Assembly: GCF_001194135.2 (NCBI RefSeq)
Contig: NC_068982.1
Span: forward strand, 169,452,860 to 169,492,556
Source of the DNA: Octopus bimaculoides
Taxonomy: Eukaryota
DNA: 39,697 nucleotides
Direction: 5' to 3'
Shown: piece by piece, positions 24,025 through 35,585 of the stretch
Layout: every line of letters starts with the position of its first letter
Position numbering within the stretch: position 1 is the first letter of the stretch
Made by a program: the position numbers and the translations under genes
The notes under the pieces: generated by a model
Databases searched by the model: none
Seen by the model: the letters and a program-made list of their open reading frames with translations, nothing else
Told to the model about the DNA's origin: nothing

Positions 24025-24345
24025 ACTACAGCCATAGGCCAACCAAAGCCCTGTGAGTGAATTTAGTAGACGGAAACTGAAAGAAGACTATTGTGTGTAT
24101 ATATATATAGATATATATATATAATCTGTGTTTCTTTGTGTCTGTCCCTGTCCCTGCACCACCACTTGGCAACTGGTGTTGGTGTGTTTATGTCCCCATA
24201 ACTTAGTGATTTGGCAAAAGAGACCAGTAGAATAAATACCAGATTTAACAAAAAAATAAGTACTGAGATTAGTTCATACAACCAAAAATTCTTGAAGACG
24301 GTACCCCAGCACGGCCACAATCTAATGACTAAAATTTGTAAAAGA
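24025..24345 (+). mobile_element. 5'-truncated B-family SINE
   Basis: tcttctactacagcc...gacggaaactgaaagaag-(TA)n-...cagcacggccacaatctaatgact. Confidence 0.75.
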
Positions 24346-24884
24346 ATAAAAAAAATATCTGCCCTGTATCTTTTAGCTGTTGTGTGTATGTGTTCCTAAC
24401 GGCACCAAAACAAATTCTTTTTCAGTAGAAATGTCTGTTAACCTAACTTGCTGTTATTGGAACTGATTCTGTATATACTGGCACTTAACATAACATTAAC
24501 TTGCAAAAGGAATTTCTTAATTAATCTTGAAAGTCTTAAAGTATAAAGTAACCTTTTACATTAAGTAAGCTATCTCCATTTGTATACTGCATATGTTCAG
24601 CACACACACACACATGTACCATATATGATTTCCATGATTAATAACTTTTGCAGGAAATAAATTGCTGTTATTACCGTTGCAAAGCAAATGGATTAGTAGA
24701 ATTATAAGAATTAGGCTAAACATTCTGCATTCAAATCTTGTCTAGTTTTGCTTTTATCAATCATCTTTTCATGGAAGACAAAATAAAGTACCATTGAAGA
24801 ACTGGTGCCCATATAATTGAATGTACTTCTCCCTTGAATTTCAGACCTTGTTTCTATGTTAGAAATATTTAAGGTTAGTGATTT

Positions 24885-26105
24885 GGCAAAATCTTCAGAG
24901 CATTTGTGATAATGTCTTGCAGTATATATTCTGAGTTTTAAATCCTACCAAGGTTGACTTTGCCTTTTATCCTTGTGGGCTCAATAGAATAAGTACCAGT
25001 TGAACACTGGCATTGATGTAATCAACTTAGCCCCCCCCCCCCAAAAAAAAAATTGCTGGCCATGTGGCAAAGTTTGAAACTTGTTGTTGTTATTGATATC
25101 ATTAAAGTGGCGAGCTGGCAGAATTGTTAATGCACCAGACAAAATGCTTAGCGACATTTCGTCTGTCTTTACATTCTGAGTTCAAATTCTGCTGAGGTCA
25201 ACTTTGAGGCTGAGTTCTTTTCAGGTGTTAGGCCTCATGGAGGCAAAGTGTCTGAGTTCCTTTCGGGTATTGGGCCTCATGGAGGCAAAGTGTCTGAGTT
25301 CCTTTCAGGCATTGGGCCTCATGAAGACAAAGTGGTTGAGTTCCTTTCACAGAGGCAATGACCAATACCTTTGACATTATGTTGTGCTTGAGAAGAAGAC
25401 CCATCAAGCTGAGCAAAATCTCAGTCGTGGCAGATACCGGTGTCATGCAAATGGCACCCATGCCAGTGGCATGTAAAAGCACTCATTACACTCTTGGAGT
25501 GGTTATTGTTAGGAAGGGCATCCAACTGTAGAAAACCATGCCAAATCACACTGGATTCTGGTGCAGCCTTCCAGCTTACCAGCCTTGGTTAAACCATCCA
25601 ACCCATGCCAGCATGGACAATGGATGTTAAATGATGATGAGGATGTTATTATTTCTACATGTAAGACAGTGAGCAGGCAATATAGTTGGCACACTGGATA
25701 AAATGCTTAGCAGATTTTGTCTGGTTTTTGGTTCTGTGTTCAAATTCTTCTGAGGCTAACTTCGTCTTCCATCCTTTTGGGGTCAATGAAATAAGTACCA
25801 GTTGAGTACTGGGATCAATGTAATCAACTAGCCCCTTCCTCCCAAATTTCAGGCCTTCTATCTCATAGAAAGGATTATTTCTTCATGTAAGGCAGCAATC
25901 TGGCAACATCATTATTCTTGGAAAAATACTTCTTAATATTTGTTTTGACTCCTTATGTTCTGAGTTCGAATCCTACTAAAGTCAACCTTACCTTTCATCC
26001 TGAAGTTGATAAGGTAAAGTACCAGTCACATACTGTGTTCAATGGCATTAATCAACCGTCTCCCTTCAAAATTGTTGGCTGTGTGCCTAAACCAGAAGTC
26101 ATCAT
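24885..26105 (+). mobile_element. Cluster of C-family SINEs with an embedded A-family element (25211-25645)
   Basis: Repeated ctgagttcaaat...aagtaccagttga modules; the A element carries a 42-bp tandem repeat. Confidence 0.7.
25211..25349 (+). repeat. 42-bp minisatellite, 3.3 units
   Basis: Units start at 25211, 25253, 25295 and 25337 (tgagttcctttcaggcattgggcctcatggaggcaaagtgtc). Confidence 0.9.
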
Positions 26106-27004
26106 TATTTCTTCATGTTCATATATACAATGTAGTTATTGTTGGTAAAATGGAAGTAATCTTTCTCTTCAGTAGGTTTTTAAGACTGCAATTAGAATGT
26201 AGTTTACTTAGAATATTATCTGTGTCAAGAAATATAGATATGATGCATGTCTATTTGTCAGTTAGAATGGAAGCATTTTAGGAACTCAGCCAAATGTTGT
26301 TATTACTCTTCTCTTCATTTCCTTTCCTCATATTTTTTTAGATCCCTTATCTTAGTTCTGAATACTTATTAATCTGTTTGAATTCCCTGTTAGTTAAAAA
26401 TTGTGGTCTGCAAACGTAATTAATGTTAATTAATGTTTTTTTTCTTTCTTTTTTCTTAGTCATCAACTGTAAGGAAAAAAAAAATATTTATGTAGATAGT
26501 CATCGCACCTTCTGAGTTATAAGATGTAGCCTATTCGGATGTTCAAGTGACATAGAACTTTTGCTTGGTTTCTTTTCAAGTAGCAGTCAGAGACTGGAAT
26601 TGATGTAATCAGTTGTACCCTCTCTAAATTAGGCTGCCTTGTATGCCAAACTTGGAAATTATTATTAGCGAGCTTGCAGAATCGTTACTTCATCTGACAA
26701 AATGCTTAGTGGCATTTCATCTGGCTCTTTACACTGTGTGTTCAAATTCTGCCTAAGTCAGCTTTGTCTTTTATCCCTCTAGAGTCAATAAAATCAAGAC
26801 ATGCTCAACTGGTTAAGGTCAAACAACTGACAAGCAAAGCTGTGATATTGAGCAGAATATTTGCTGTAGCCCATCTTTTATACCAAGACAAAACAAGGTA
26901 CATGGTAACACTTTCAATCAGTTAAGATCAGAAGCTATGAGAGTCACTGTCTGGTACTGCATCAGGGCACTTATCGTCATCGTCATCGTCGCCCCCCCTC
27001 CCCC

Positions 27005-27185
27005 CCACATGCTCTCTCTCTCAGTGGGCTTCCTCAAAGTTTTGTCTACCAAATTCACCCACAAGACATTGGTGGGCCTGAGGTTATAGTAGAGGACACT
27101 TTCCGAAGGTGCCACACAATGGAACTGAACCTGAAACCACATGTGGTTTCAAAGCAAACTTCTTAACCACACAGCCATGCCTGAA
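27005..27185 (-). mobile_element. B-family SINE head fragment
   Basis: Matches 29480-29622; ends about 100 nt upstream of the B4GALT7 acceptor. Confidence 0.75.
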
Positions 27186-27285
27186 CCAATGTTCGAAACA
27201 ACTATTGTTATTAAAAAAAATATATATATATATATTTATCTGTTCTATTTATTTATCTGTTTTTCTTATTTGTATTCTTTGACAG

Positions 27286-27354
27286 ATTGCCACTTCATGC
27301 AGATGCACACCAGCCCAGCAAGAGAAGGAAAAAGAACTTTGCCAATCTTAGCCA
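27286..27354 (+). other. B4GALT7: Predicted 5'UTR part of the first coding exon of B4GALT7
   Basis: Pyrimidine tract ttttcttatttgtattctttgacAG ends at 27285; an in-frame TAG lies two codons before ATG 27355. This implies an unidentified upstream non-coding exon. Confidence 0.6.
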
Positions 27355-27689
27355 ATGTTATGTTTTGGAAAATTAAGACGGAGTCACATTTGGAAATTCT
27401 TTTTAATTTGCCTTGTCGTGACACTTGGGATTTCCTTCTGCTTAAACCTTAGTCCTCTCCAGGATGGATACCACGACTGTCCATGTAATCCATCCCCATA
27501 TGGAAATGAAAACAAAAATACCATTAGGAATTTTTCCAAGCAAACTGCTTACCATAAACTGGCCATTATTGTTCCATTTCGGGACCGGTTTGAGGAATTA
27601 TTGGACTTTGTTCCCTATATGGGTCACTACCTGAACTTGCAGAAAGTCAATCATAAGATATTTGTTATTAACCAAGTAGACAACTTCAG
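27355..27689 (+). CDS. B4GALT7: Xylosylprotein 4-beta-galactosyltransferase (beta-1,4-galactosyltransferase 7), coding exon 1
   Basis: Short basic tail, TM segment [16 protein letters not shown], then [20 protein letters not shown]...QVDNF; donor AG|GTAAGA at 27690, phase 2. Confidence 0.93.
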
Positions 27690-29219
27690 GTAAGACATGC
27701 TTATGTCATTATTCAGTTTTATTTCAAGATTTCTTGCCAATAGAGAAAGAACCGGTTTCTAACCTAGATCCAAGTCTCCTTCATTGGAATCTCAGCAACA
27801 TCGACAGGGTATTTTTGCATGTATTTGTGTATATGTATAGTATTTGGAGTCAGTGCATATACAGATTTGTTTGTCTGTCTGTCTGTCTGAACGAATGACT
27901 TGGAACTGCATTTGGTAGTGGGGCTCTGGTTTGAGAGTTACAGGGTTTTGAGGAGTGTGGAACTATCTCTTAGCCACTGTTGTTCATTGTTCTACTTTGG
28001 CCTGGAGTAGCAGCACCTGACAGGGGTCTGCTGAGGGTTAACAAGCATATAACATTCCATCTGAGTGCAGGGATGCAGGAATTTCCTTGGTTAACATCAG
28101 GGCATGCAATAAAACTAATGGAAGTGAGGGACCCCTAGCTGTTGTCACAGCAATCTTCTAGAAAAGGGACACTCTGACATAAAACCTGCAGTTTCACATG
28201 ATTACTGGTCATCTTGTTTCAGCCTGTCACTAGGTACTAATCGCAGAGGCTCACAGAAAATGGTACATATGTTGTACAAGCGTTAGTCATCATATGTACA
28301 GATGTCCCTTTGTGGTGACCTTGTTTGTCATCTCATCTACTGAAAGTCCTACGGTAACAGAACAGTGGTGGTGTGTGCAGACTTTACCTGTTGGAACTGC
28401 ACAGTTAGTTACAACTTTCATCTGTCACCTAGGCTTGAAACCATACAGATCTGCAATGAGACTGAGTAGTCATCTGAGAGATCATGGATGAAAAATCAGA
28501 AATGCCATTGACAAAGAGGAAGCACAAGGAGACGGCAGTCATCAGTGAAGATGGAACAATCACCACGTGTGTATGGGTGTGTTTATGAATGTGTGTGTTG
28601 AATCATTTGTTTTACATCCGTTTATCTATGCAGGTATGTGTTTGGCAGATATTTATATGAGGCAATATTTTAAGGTTGGATGCTCCTCTTGTTGTTAACG
28701 CTTACCTGTTTTTCAATCCAGGTAGTTTTATTCCACTATACTTCGATAGTACCGGGCTAGTGGGTGTTTTGTTCACAAAGAATATAAACATGGCATCACT
28801 GCTTATTTGCTCAGATGGTTTCATGCAAAGAAGAAGAAATGATGATATTTACACATACATATGCGCGCGCGCGCACGCACACAGAGACACACACACACAC
28901 ACACACGGCAAACAACTATACAGCCCCATTTAATAATTCCACTCATAAGGCGTGTGTGTGTGTGTGTGAGAGCACTCCTGTCTTGAAATCATATGATGGT
29001 TGTAAGCAAGCATCACTATCATGCAGGCAGTGTCCCCTGTTACAAGTCTTTCATGAAAACATGTCTGGGCTTGGAGAAATATTACCTTATATGGAAACAG
29101 GTGAGATGCCCTTCCTGTAGCCAACAGGAAGGGCGTCCCGCCATAGAAAATCTGTCTCAACATATTCTGTCCAACCCTAAAATGATGATATATAATCACA
29201 TACTGAGTGTTTAGCTTAC

Positions 29220-29622
29220 TCTTTACTCTTTTACTCTTTTACTTGTTTCAGTCTTTTGACTGTGGCCATGTTGGAGCACCGCCTTTAGTCGAGCAAATCG
29301 ACCCCAGGACTTATTCTTTAGAAGCCTAGTACTTATTCTATTGGTCAATTTTGCCGAACCGCTAAGTTACGGGGACATAAATACACCAGCATCGGTTGTC
29401 AAGCGATGTTGGGGGGACAAACACAGACACACAAACACATACACACATGCATATATATATATACATATCTACGATGGGCTTCTTTCAGTTTCCGTCTACC
29501 AAATCCACTCACAAGGCTTTGGTCGGCCCGAGGCTATAGTAGAAGACACTTGCCCAAGATGCCACGCAGTGGGACTGAACCCGGGACCATGTGGTTGGTA
29601 AGCAAGCTACTTACCACACAGC
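29220..29622 (-). mobile_element. Young, near-complete B-family SINE in B4GALT7 intron 1
   Basis: Many CpGs retained; ends about 64 nt before the exon 2 acceptor. Confidence 0.9.
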
Positions 29623-29685
29623 CGTTTTTTTTCTGTGTTAAAATTCTGTATTTCACTCTTCACTTTATCTACTTCACTTATCCAG

Positions 29686-29911
29686 GTTCAACCGTGCAGC
29701 GCTGATTAATGTGGGTTACTTAGAATCAAAGAGTGAGTGTGACTATCTGGCTATGCACGATGTTGATCTGTTGCCTCTCAACCCTAACCTCAGTTATGCT
29801 TACCCATCGAAAGGACCTTTCCATGTTGCCGCACCTAATTTACATCCACGTTACCATTATCCAAAGTTTGTTGGAGGCATCCTCCTATTGACTTGTGATG
29901 ATTTCCAGAAG
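29686..29911 (+). CDS. B4GALT7: B4GALT7 coding exon 2
   Basis: Acceptor tccAG; (R)[10 protein letters not shown]...AMHDVDLLP (DxD motif)...[26 protein letters not shown]; donor AAG|GTAAGA; 226 nt restores the frame. Confidence 0.95.
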
Positions 29912-29930
29912 GTAAGAGCTGATTTTTCCC

Positions 29931-30062
29931 CCCTTTTCTTTGTTACTTTGTTTCTTTGTTTCTTTGTTTCTTTCTCTCTTTCTCTCTTTATCTCTTTCTT
30001 CCTTCCTTCCTTCCTTCCTTCCTTCCTTCCTTCCTTTCTTTCTTTCTTTCTTTCTTTCTTTT
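29931..30062 (+). repeat. Polypyrimidine (TTTC/TTCC)n tract
   Basis: Direct reading of sequence. Confidence 0.95.
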
Positions 30063-30080
30063 ATTATTAAATTATTTGTA

Positions 30081-30345
30081 CTTGTGCCACTCAAAAAGCA
30101 TTGGTGCTAGCACCACTTAAAAAGCACTGGTGCTTGTACTACTTAAACAGCACTGGTGCTTGTGCCTCTTAAAAAGCATCCAGTACACTATGTGGAGTGG
30201 TTGGTATTCGGAAGGGCACCCAGCCATAGAAGTCATGCTAGAACAGATAATGGACCATGGTATGGCCCCTGGCCTTACAAGCTCCTGTCAAACTGTTCAG
30301 TCCATGCCAGCTTGGAAAATAGATGTTAAAGGAAGACAATGATGT
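30081..30345 (+). mobile_element. A-family end with a 26-bp tandem repeat (about 3.9 units, 30081-30181)
   Basis: Units at 30081, 30107, 30133 and 30159 (cttgtgccacttaaaaagcactggtg-like). Confidence 0.8.
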
Positions 30346-30512
30346 CCTCTAAGTTAGTCCTTCTTCATGGAAGGTCAATTAAATTCTTCATAGATAAACT
30401 GTTGTTGAAACAATACATGCAGACTTGGTTGTGTGGTTAAGAAGTTCAATTTGTAGTCTTTGTTTTAGGTTTGCTTACACAGTTGAGTGTTTTATACCAT
30501 ACCTATATGAGG

Positions 30513-30830
30513 GCATGTGACTCAGTGGTTAATGTATTCAGTTCATGATTGTAAGGTTGTAAGTTCAGTTCCTGGTATCACGTTGTGTCCTTGTGCAAGA
30601 CATTTAATGTCATGTTGCTCCAATTCGCTCAGCTGGCAAAAATGTGTAGTACCTATATTTCAAAGGGCCAGCCTTGTCATACTCTGTGTCAAGCCGAATC
30701 TCCTTGAGAACTATGTTAAGGGTATGTGTGTCTGTGGAGTGTTCAGCCACTTGTACGTTAATTTCATGAGTAGGTAGTTCTGTTGATCGGATCAAGTGGT
30801 ACCCTCGTCGTCATAACCAACCGAGTGCCA
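30513..30830 (+). mobile_element. E-family SINE
   Basis: Homologous to 7103-7417. Confidence 0.8.
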
Positions 30831-31842
30831 GCTTCATCTCAAGGAAGCACCACTACACTACACCCCAACTAAACAATGAATGACACTCAACTACAGCTTT
30901 TACAGCCACTCTAAATGCTAAGTCTCACTATCACTGACGATCTCCTCTGGTGAAAACATATCCTTAGCATTGTTATAACAGGATTACAAAGATTGGCTTT
31001 TCTCTTCAGATCAGAAAATATTTCAGCCTCTAACAGTTGCTGATATTCTACAAGGCTTAAGTGAACTCCATAATGAAGTATTGCTCCTACATCTGTGACG
31101 CTATCCCCCACGCCACAGAGAGAGAAAGAGAGAGAGAGAATCAAAGAGTTATGACCCTACTGTTTTATTTTATTCGTTTTCCTTTGCCAAATATATAGAT
31201 ATGAAATTGTTCAAATAAATTTCATTAGCTTCCTGGTAGTATTGTTTTTGATATAGAAAATTTAAGATATAACAAATTTTGATATTGGTGTTTGAATATG
31301 ATTTTTGAACATTAAATAAATATTTAATCCCATTTGTATTTGAACATGAAATCTGTGATAGTATTTGGTTTGTTATATATTCTATGTCCCCTAATTTGTT
31401 TTAAATAAGCTCTTATTCTAAAAAAGTACTTTTTAAAAAATATTTTAATATCTTAAAAAAAAATTTAGCTTATATGACAACTGATCTAATGCAAGGGACA
31501 CTATTTCACGATATTTCTCATGAGTTATCTCCCTGATAAACTTTTTTTTGTCAAATCATTATATTTCTGTAATTTTAAAAGGTAAAAGTTTAAACCAGGA
31601 ATATTGTTATTCTGCTATTGAAGATTTCTGAATAGATTTGTCCTCACGATAGTCTACTTCTTAGCCAATGTAAGCTCATTAATTAAGTTTTAATTTCCGA
31701 GGATGTACAATAGATTACTCCATACATAGTTAATATGGTTTTAAAAATTTCTTGGCTTATTTTCCACTAATGTCTACACTGTATGCTAAGTGGCTTATTT
31801 GTTAAGCTATCACTATTTTGTCAATATTTTGTTTCATTCTAG

Positions 31843-31926
31843 ACTCGTGGTTTGTCCAACAGATATTGGGGCTGGGGACAAGAAGACGATGAGTTCTATG
31901 TTAGGATGAGAAAAGCTGGATTAAAT
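31843..31926 (+). CDS. B4GALT7: B4GALT7 coding exon 3 (gene continues; later exons not found in window)
   Basis: Acceptor ttctAG; [28 protein letters not shown]; donor GTAAGT at 31927; 84 nt, phase 0/0. Absent from the ORF track because it is too short. Confidence 0.93.
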
Positions 31927-32071
31927 GTAAGTTGAATTTAAAAATTTTTGCTTGTTTCTTTTTAAAACATATTTTATTGTATATCATTTTCTGCATGAGT
32001 ATTCAACTCATTGGTTAGCGTATTAACTGAGTATTGAAATAGTATTTACAATAACAAAAAAAAAAAGGGTA

Positions 32072-32349
32072 GAGAACCCCCTTTGGTCATGAGTGACTAG
32101 TATTCCACCTAGAAAGTTATCCTCTGAGGCACAAGTCTGGACAAAGTTGTTTCTGGAAGACCAACAGTCGCCCATATATACCAACCTTCCCTCTCCATGC
32201 CATTGATGTTATCCAAAGAAGCGGCAAAAGCCGATACAACTTAGCACCAGTGATGTTGCAACTCATTTCTACAGCTGAGTGAACTGGAGCAATGTGAAAT
32301 AGAATTCCTTGCTCAAGAACACAACACACAGCCCAGTCTGGGAATTGAA
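32072..32349 (-). mobile_element. F-family SINE, head truncated
   Basis: Homologous to 8255-8540. Confidence 0.8.
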
Positions 32350-32380
32350 TATTTAGATTTTAACTTCTTTTAATCCATTA

Positions 32381-33432
32381 TCTGAGAGTGTAGCTGCTAG
32401 AATAAGAATAGCCTAGGCAAAGTTCAGAGAGCTCCTACCTCTGCAGGTGACAAAGTAAAAGGTAGACTGTATTACACATGTGTACGAACTGCCATGTATA
32501 TGGCAGTAAAACATGGGCCATGACTGCTGAGGACATGCGTAAACTTGCAAAGGATGAAGCTAGTATGATCTGCTGGATGTGTAATGTCAGTGTGCATACA
32601 CAACAGTGTAAGCACCCTGAGAGAAAAGTAGGATTTAAGAAGCATCAGATGTGGTGTGCAAGAGAGACAACTGCGCTGGTATGCTCATGTGTTGTGAATG
32701 GATGAGGACAGCTGTGTGAAAAAGTGTCACACTCTAGCAGTAGAGGGAACTTGTGGAAGAGGTAAACCCAGGAAGACCTGGGATGAGGTAGTAAAGCACG
32801 ACCATCGAACATTGGGCCTCAAGGAGGCGATGACAAGTAACCAAGACTTTTAGAGTTATGCTGTGCTTGAGAAGACCCGACAAGCCAAGTGTAACTGTAA
32901 CTGTGGCCTATGCCAGTGCAGCATAACTGACCCACTTGAGAGTACTCTTCAATCATTGAGCAGTAAACTGCACTTGCGAAGACCTGTTGAGTCAAGTGAA
33001 GTCATTGTCGTGGCCGATGCCAGTACCGCCTGATTGGCTTCCGTGCCGGTGGTATGTAAAAGCACCATTCGAGCGTGGTTTATACCAGTGCTGGCTGACT
33101 GGTCCCGTGCCAGTGGCATGTAAAAAGCACCATTCGAGCATGATCGTTGCCAGTGCTGCCTGACTGACTCCTGTGCCGGTGGTACATAAAAAGCTCTATT
33201 CAAGCGTGGTCGATGCCAGTACTGCCTGACTGGCCCTCATGCTGGAGGCATATAAAAAGCATCCTCTACACTCTTGGAGTGGTTGGCGTTAGGAAGGCCA
33301 TCCAGCTGTAGAAACTTTGCCAGATCAGATTGGAGCCTTGTGCAGCCTTCTGGCTTGCCAACCTGCAGTCAAACTGTTCAACCCATGCCATCATGGAAAG
33401 CGGACGTTAAACGACAATGATGATGATGATCA
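32381..33432 (+). mobile_element. 5'-truncated RTE-clade LINE: ORF C-terminus (32381-32890), 3'UTR with about 4 x 65-bp repeat (33009-33262), (GAT)n tail
   Basis: ESVAARIRIA*AKFRELLPL...YGSKTWAMTAEDMRKLAKDEASMICWMCNVSVH...GRGKPRKTWDEVVKHD; shows that the A-family ends are RTE 3' ends. Confidence 0.88.
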
Positions 33433-34624
33433 TCCTTGACCATGTAGAGCTTTGATCAAATGTTCCATTTGTGACCATCCTGTCATTTTGTTTGTATATT
33501 TATAACTTCTTTGAAGGAGGAAAGGCAAGTGTCCATGACTTTTGAATACTCTCTGGATCTGGTAAACTGATATATGAGAAAAGAATTCAAGAGAAGAAAG
33601 GATTGACTGGAATGGTTATAATATTTTCTATTAGAGGTAGAAGGCCTGAAATTTTGTGGGAGGGAGCTACTCAACTACACTGACCCTAGTGCTTAGTTAT
33701 ATCTGGCACACTAATAAAGGTGTGTATAACAATCTTGAAAGAATTTGAACTCAGAATGTAAAGGTGGCAAAATGCAGCTAATCATTTTTTTCTTGCATGC
33801 TGATGATTCTGCTAGCTTGCCATTTTGATGTTACAGTTATAGTAAGGCCTAAACATGGCCCAAATTGTCTCCTGCACTTGCTGAAATAATGAGGACAATA
33901 TTAGTTGGAGACTGATATCATATCCCACCCCCATCAATCAAATCAGCCACTGTTCTGCAGCTGGTTAAAGGCACATTCTCCTTTTCAGCATTGGATCCCT
34001 GTTCTCTAATTTTTTGGTCAAATCTACCCAATTTTTTCTTTATCTGTCTCAGTCTCTTTTGTGGAATCCAGTCTTTCATTGTTTTTGTTTACCTCTGGTT
34101 ACTTGTCTTTAAGATGTGCTTAACCTAACTCTATTTCAAGGATTTTGTAACATCTGAAATAACTACATAATATATATGAATGCACACATGTCTGTGGAGT
34201 GCTCAGCCACTTGCACGTTAATTTTACGAGCAGGCTGTTCCGGTGATCTTATCAACTGGAACCCTTGACGTGGTAAGCGACAGAGTGCTAACCAATATGA
34301 ATACAAAATTAAGAGGAATGACCACTATATGAATATATAGTTATAGTTGAAAAGGGGTTAAGAATCCATACAAATCAAAGGTTCTTGGTTAAAAGTAAAA
34401 GTGGAAACCACATGGAAGTATGTTGGAAATTCGTTTTACTTTTTTTTTCTTTAATGGGACAGGATAAGTATGTTTATATTTGTTACATTGACTTTTATAA
34501 AATATTACCAGTTTCAATCTGTATGCCTTATCTTATCAAATAAGAATTCAAAGTCTAGAATTAGGAAATAATTAAAAATTAGAAATTAAAACAGTTCTTT
34601 TATTCTGTGCATAGTTAGGCACAA

Positions 34625-35585
34625 GCATGTGATAAGAAGTTTACTTCCCGGCCACATGGTTCTGGATTAACTCCCATTGTGTGGCACCTGAGTCAAGTAA
34701 TTTCTACTTTAGCCTCGGGCTGACCAAAGCATTGTGAGTGCATTTGGTAGACGGAAACTGAATGAAGCCCGTCGTATATATATATATATATNNNNNNNNN
34801 NNNNNNNNNNNNNNNNNNNNNNNNNNNNNNNNNNNNNNNNNNNNNNNNNNNNNNNNNNNNNNNNNNNNNNNNNNNNNNNNNNNNNNNNNNNNNNNNNNNN
34901 NNNNNNNNNNNNNNNNNNNNNNNNNNNNNNNNNNNNNNNNNNNNNNNNNNNNNNNNNNNNNNNNNNNNNNNNNNNNNNNNNNNNNNNNNNNNNNNNNNNN
35001 NNNNNNNNNNNNNNNNNNNNNNNNNNNNNNNNNNNNNNNNNNNNNNNNNNNNNNNNNNNNNNNNNNNNNNNNNNNNNNNNNNNNNNNNNNNNNNNNNNNN
35101 NNNNNNNNNNNNNNNNNNNNNNNNNNNNNNNNNNNNNNNNNNNNNNNNNNNNNNNNNNNNNNNNNNNNNNNNNNNNNNNNNNNNNNNNNNNNNNNNNNNN
35201 NNNNNNNNNNNNNNNNNNNNNNNNNNNNNNNNNNNNNNNNNNNNNNNNNNNNNNNNNNNNNNNNNNNNNNNNNNNNNNNNNNNNNNNNNNNNNNNNNNNN
35301 NNNNNNNNNNNNNNNNNNNNNNNNNNNNNNNNNNNNNNNNNNNNNNNATATATATGTATGTGTGTGTTGGTCATTATGTCTGTTTCTCTCCCACCACCAC
35401 TTGAGAACTGATGTTGGTGTGCTTATGTCCCACATGACCTAACAGTTCGGCAAAAAAAAAAAACTTGATAGATTAAATACCAGGCTTAAAAAGAAAATAA
35501 ACTGTGGGGTCATTAGTTCGACTAAAATTCCTCTAGGCGATGTCCCAGCGTTGCCGCAGTCTATCAACGTCTGAAACAAGTGAAA
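34625..35585 (+). mobile_element. B-family SINE containing the assembly gap 34792-35347 in its (TA)n
   Basis: Head before the gap, tail after it. Confidence 0.8.

Noticed and set aside
27960-28210. Possible RTE 5'UTR fragment in intron 1
   Set aside because: Only a vague recalled resemblance; no second copy in the window to support it.
29912-30070. C-terminal extension of ORF 29711-30070
   Set aside because: Read-through into intron 2 past the GTAAGA donor; the GTG start given by the ORF track is internal to exon 2.
30934-30980. CTGACGA...GAAA motif
   Set aside because: Stem II is only 2 bp and stem I cannot pair.
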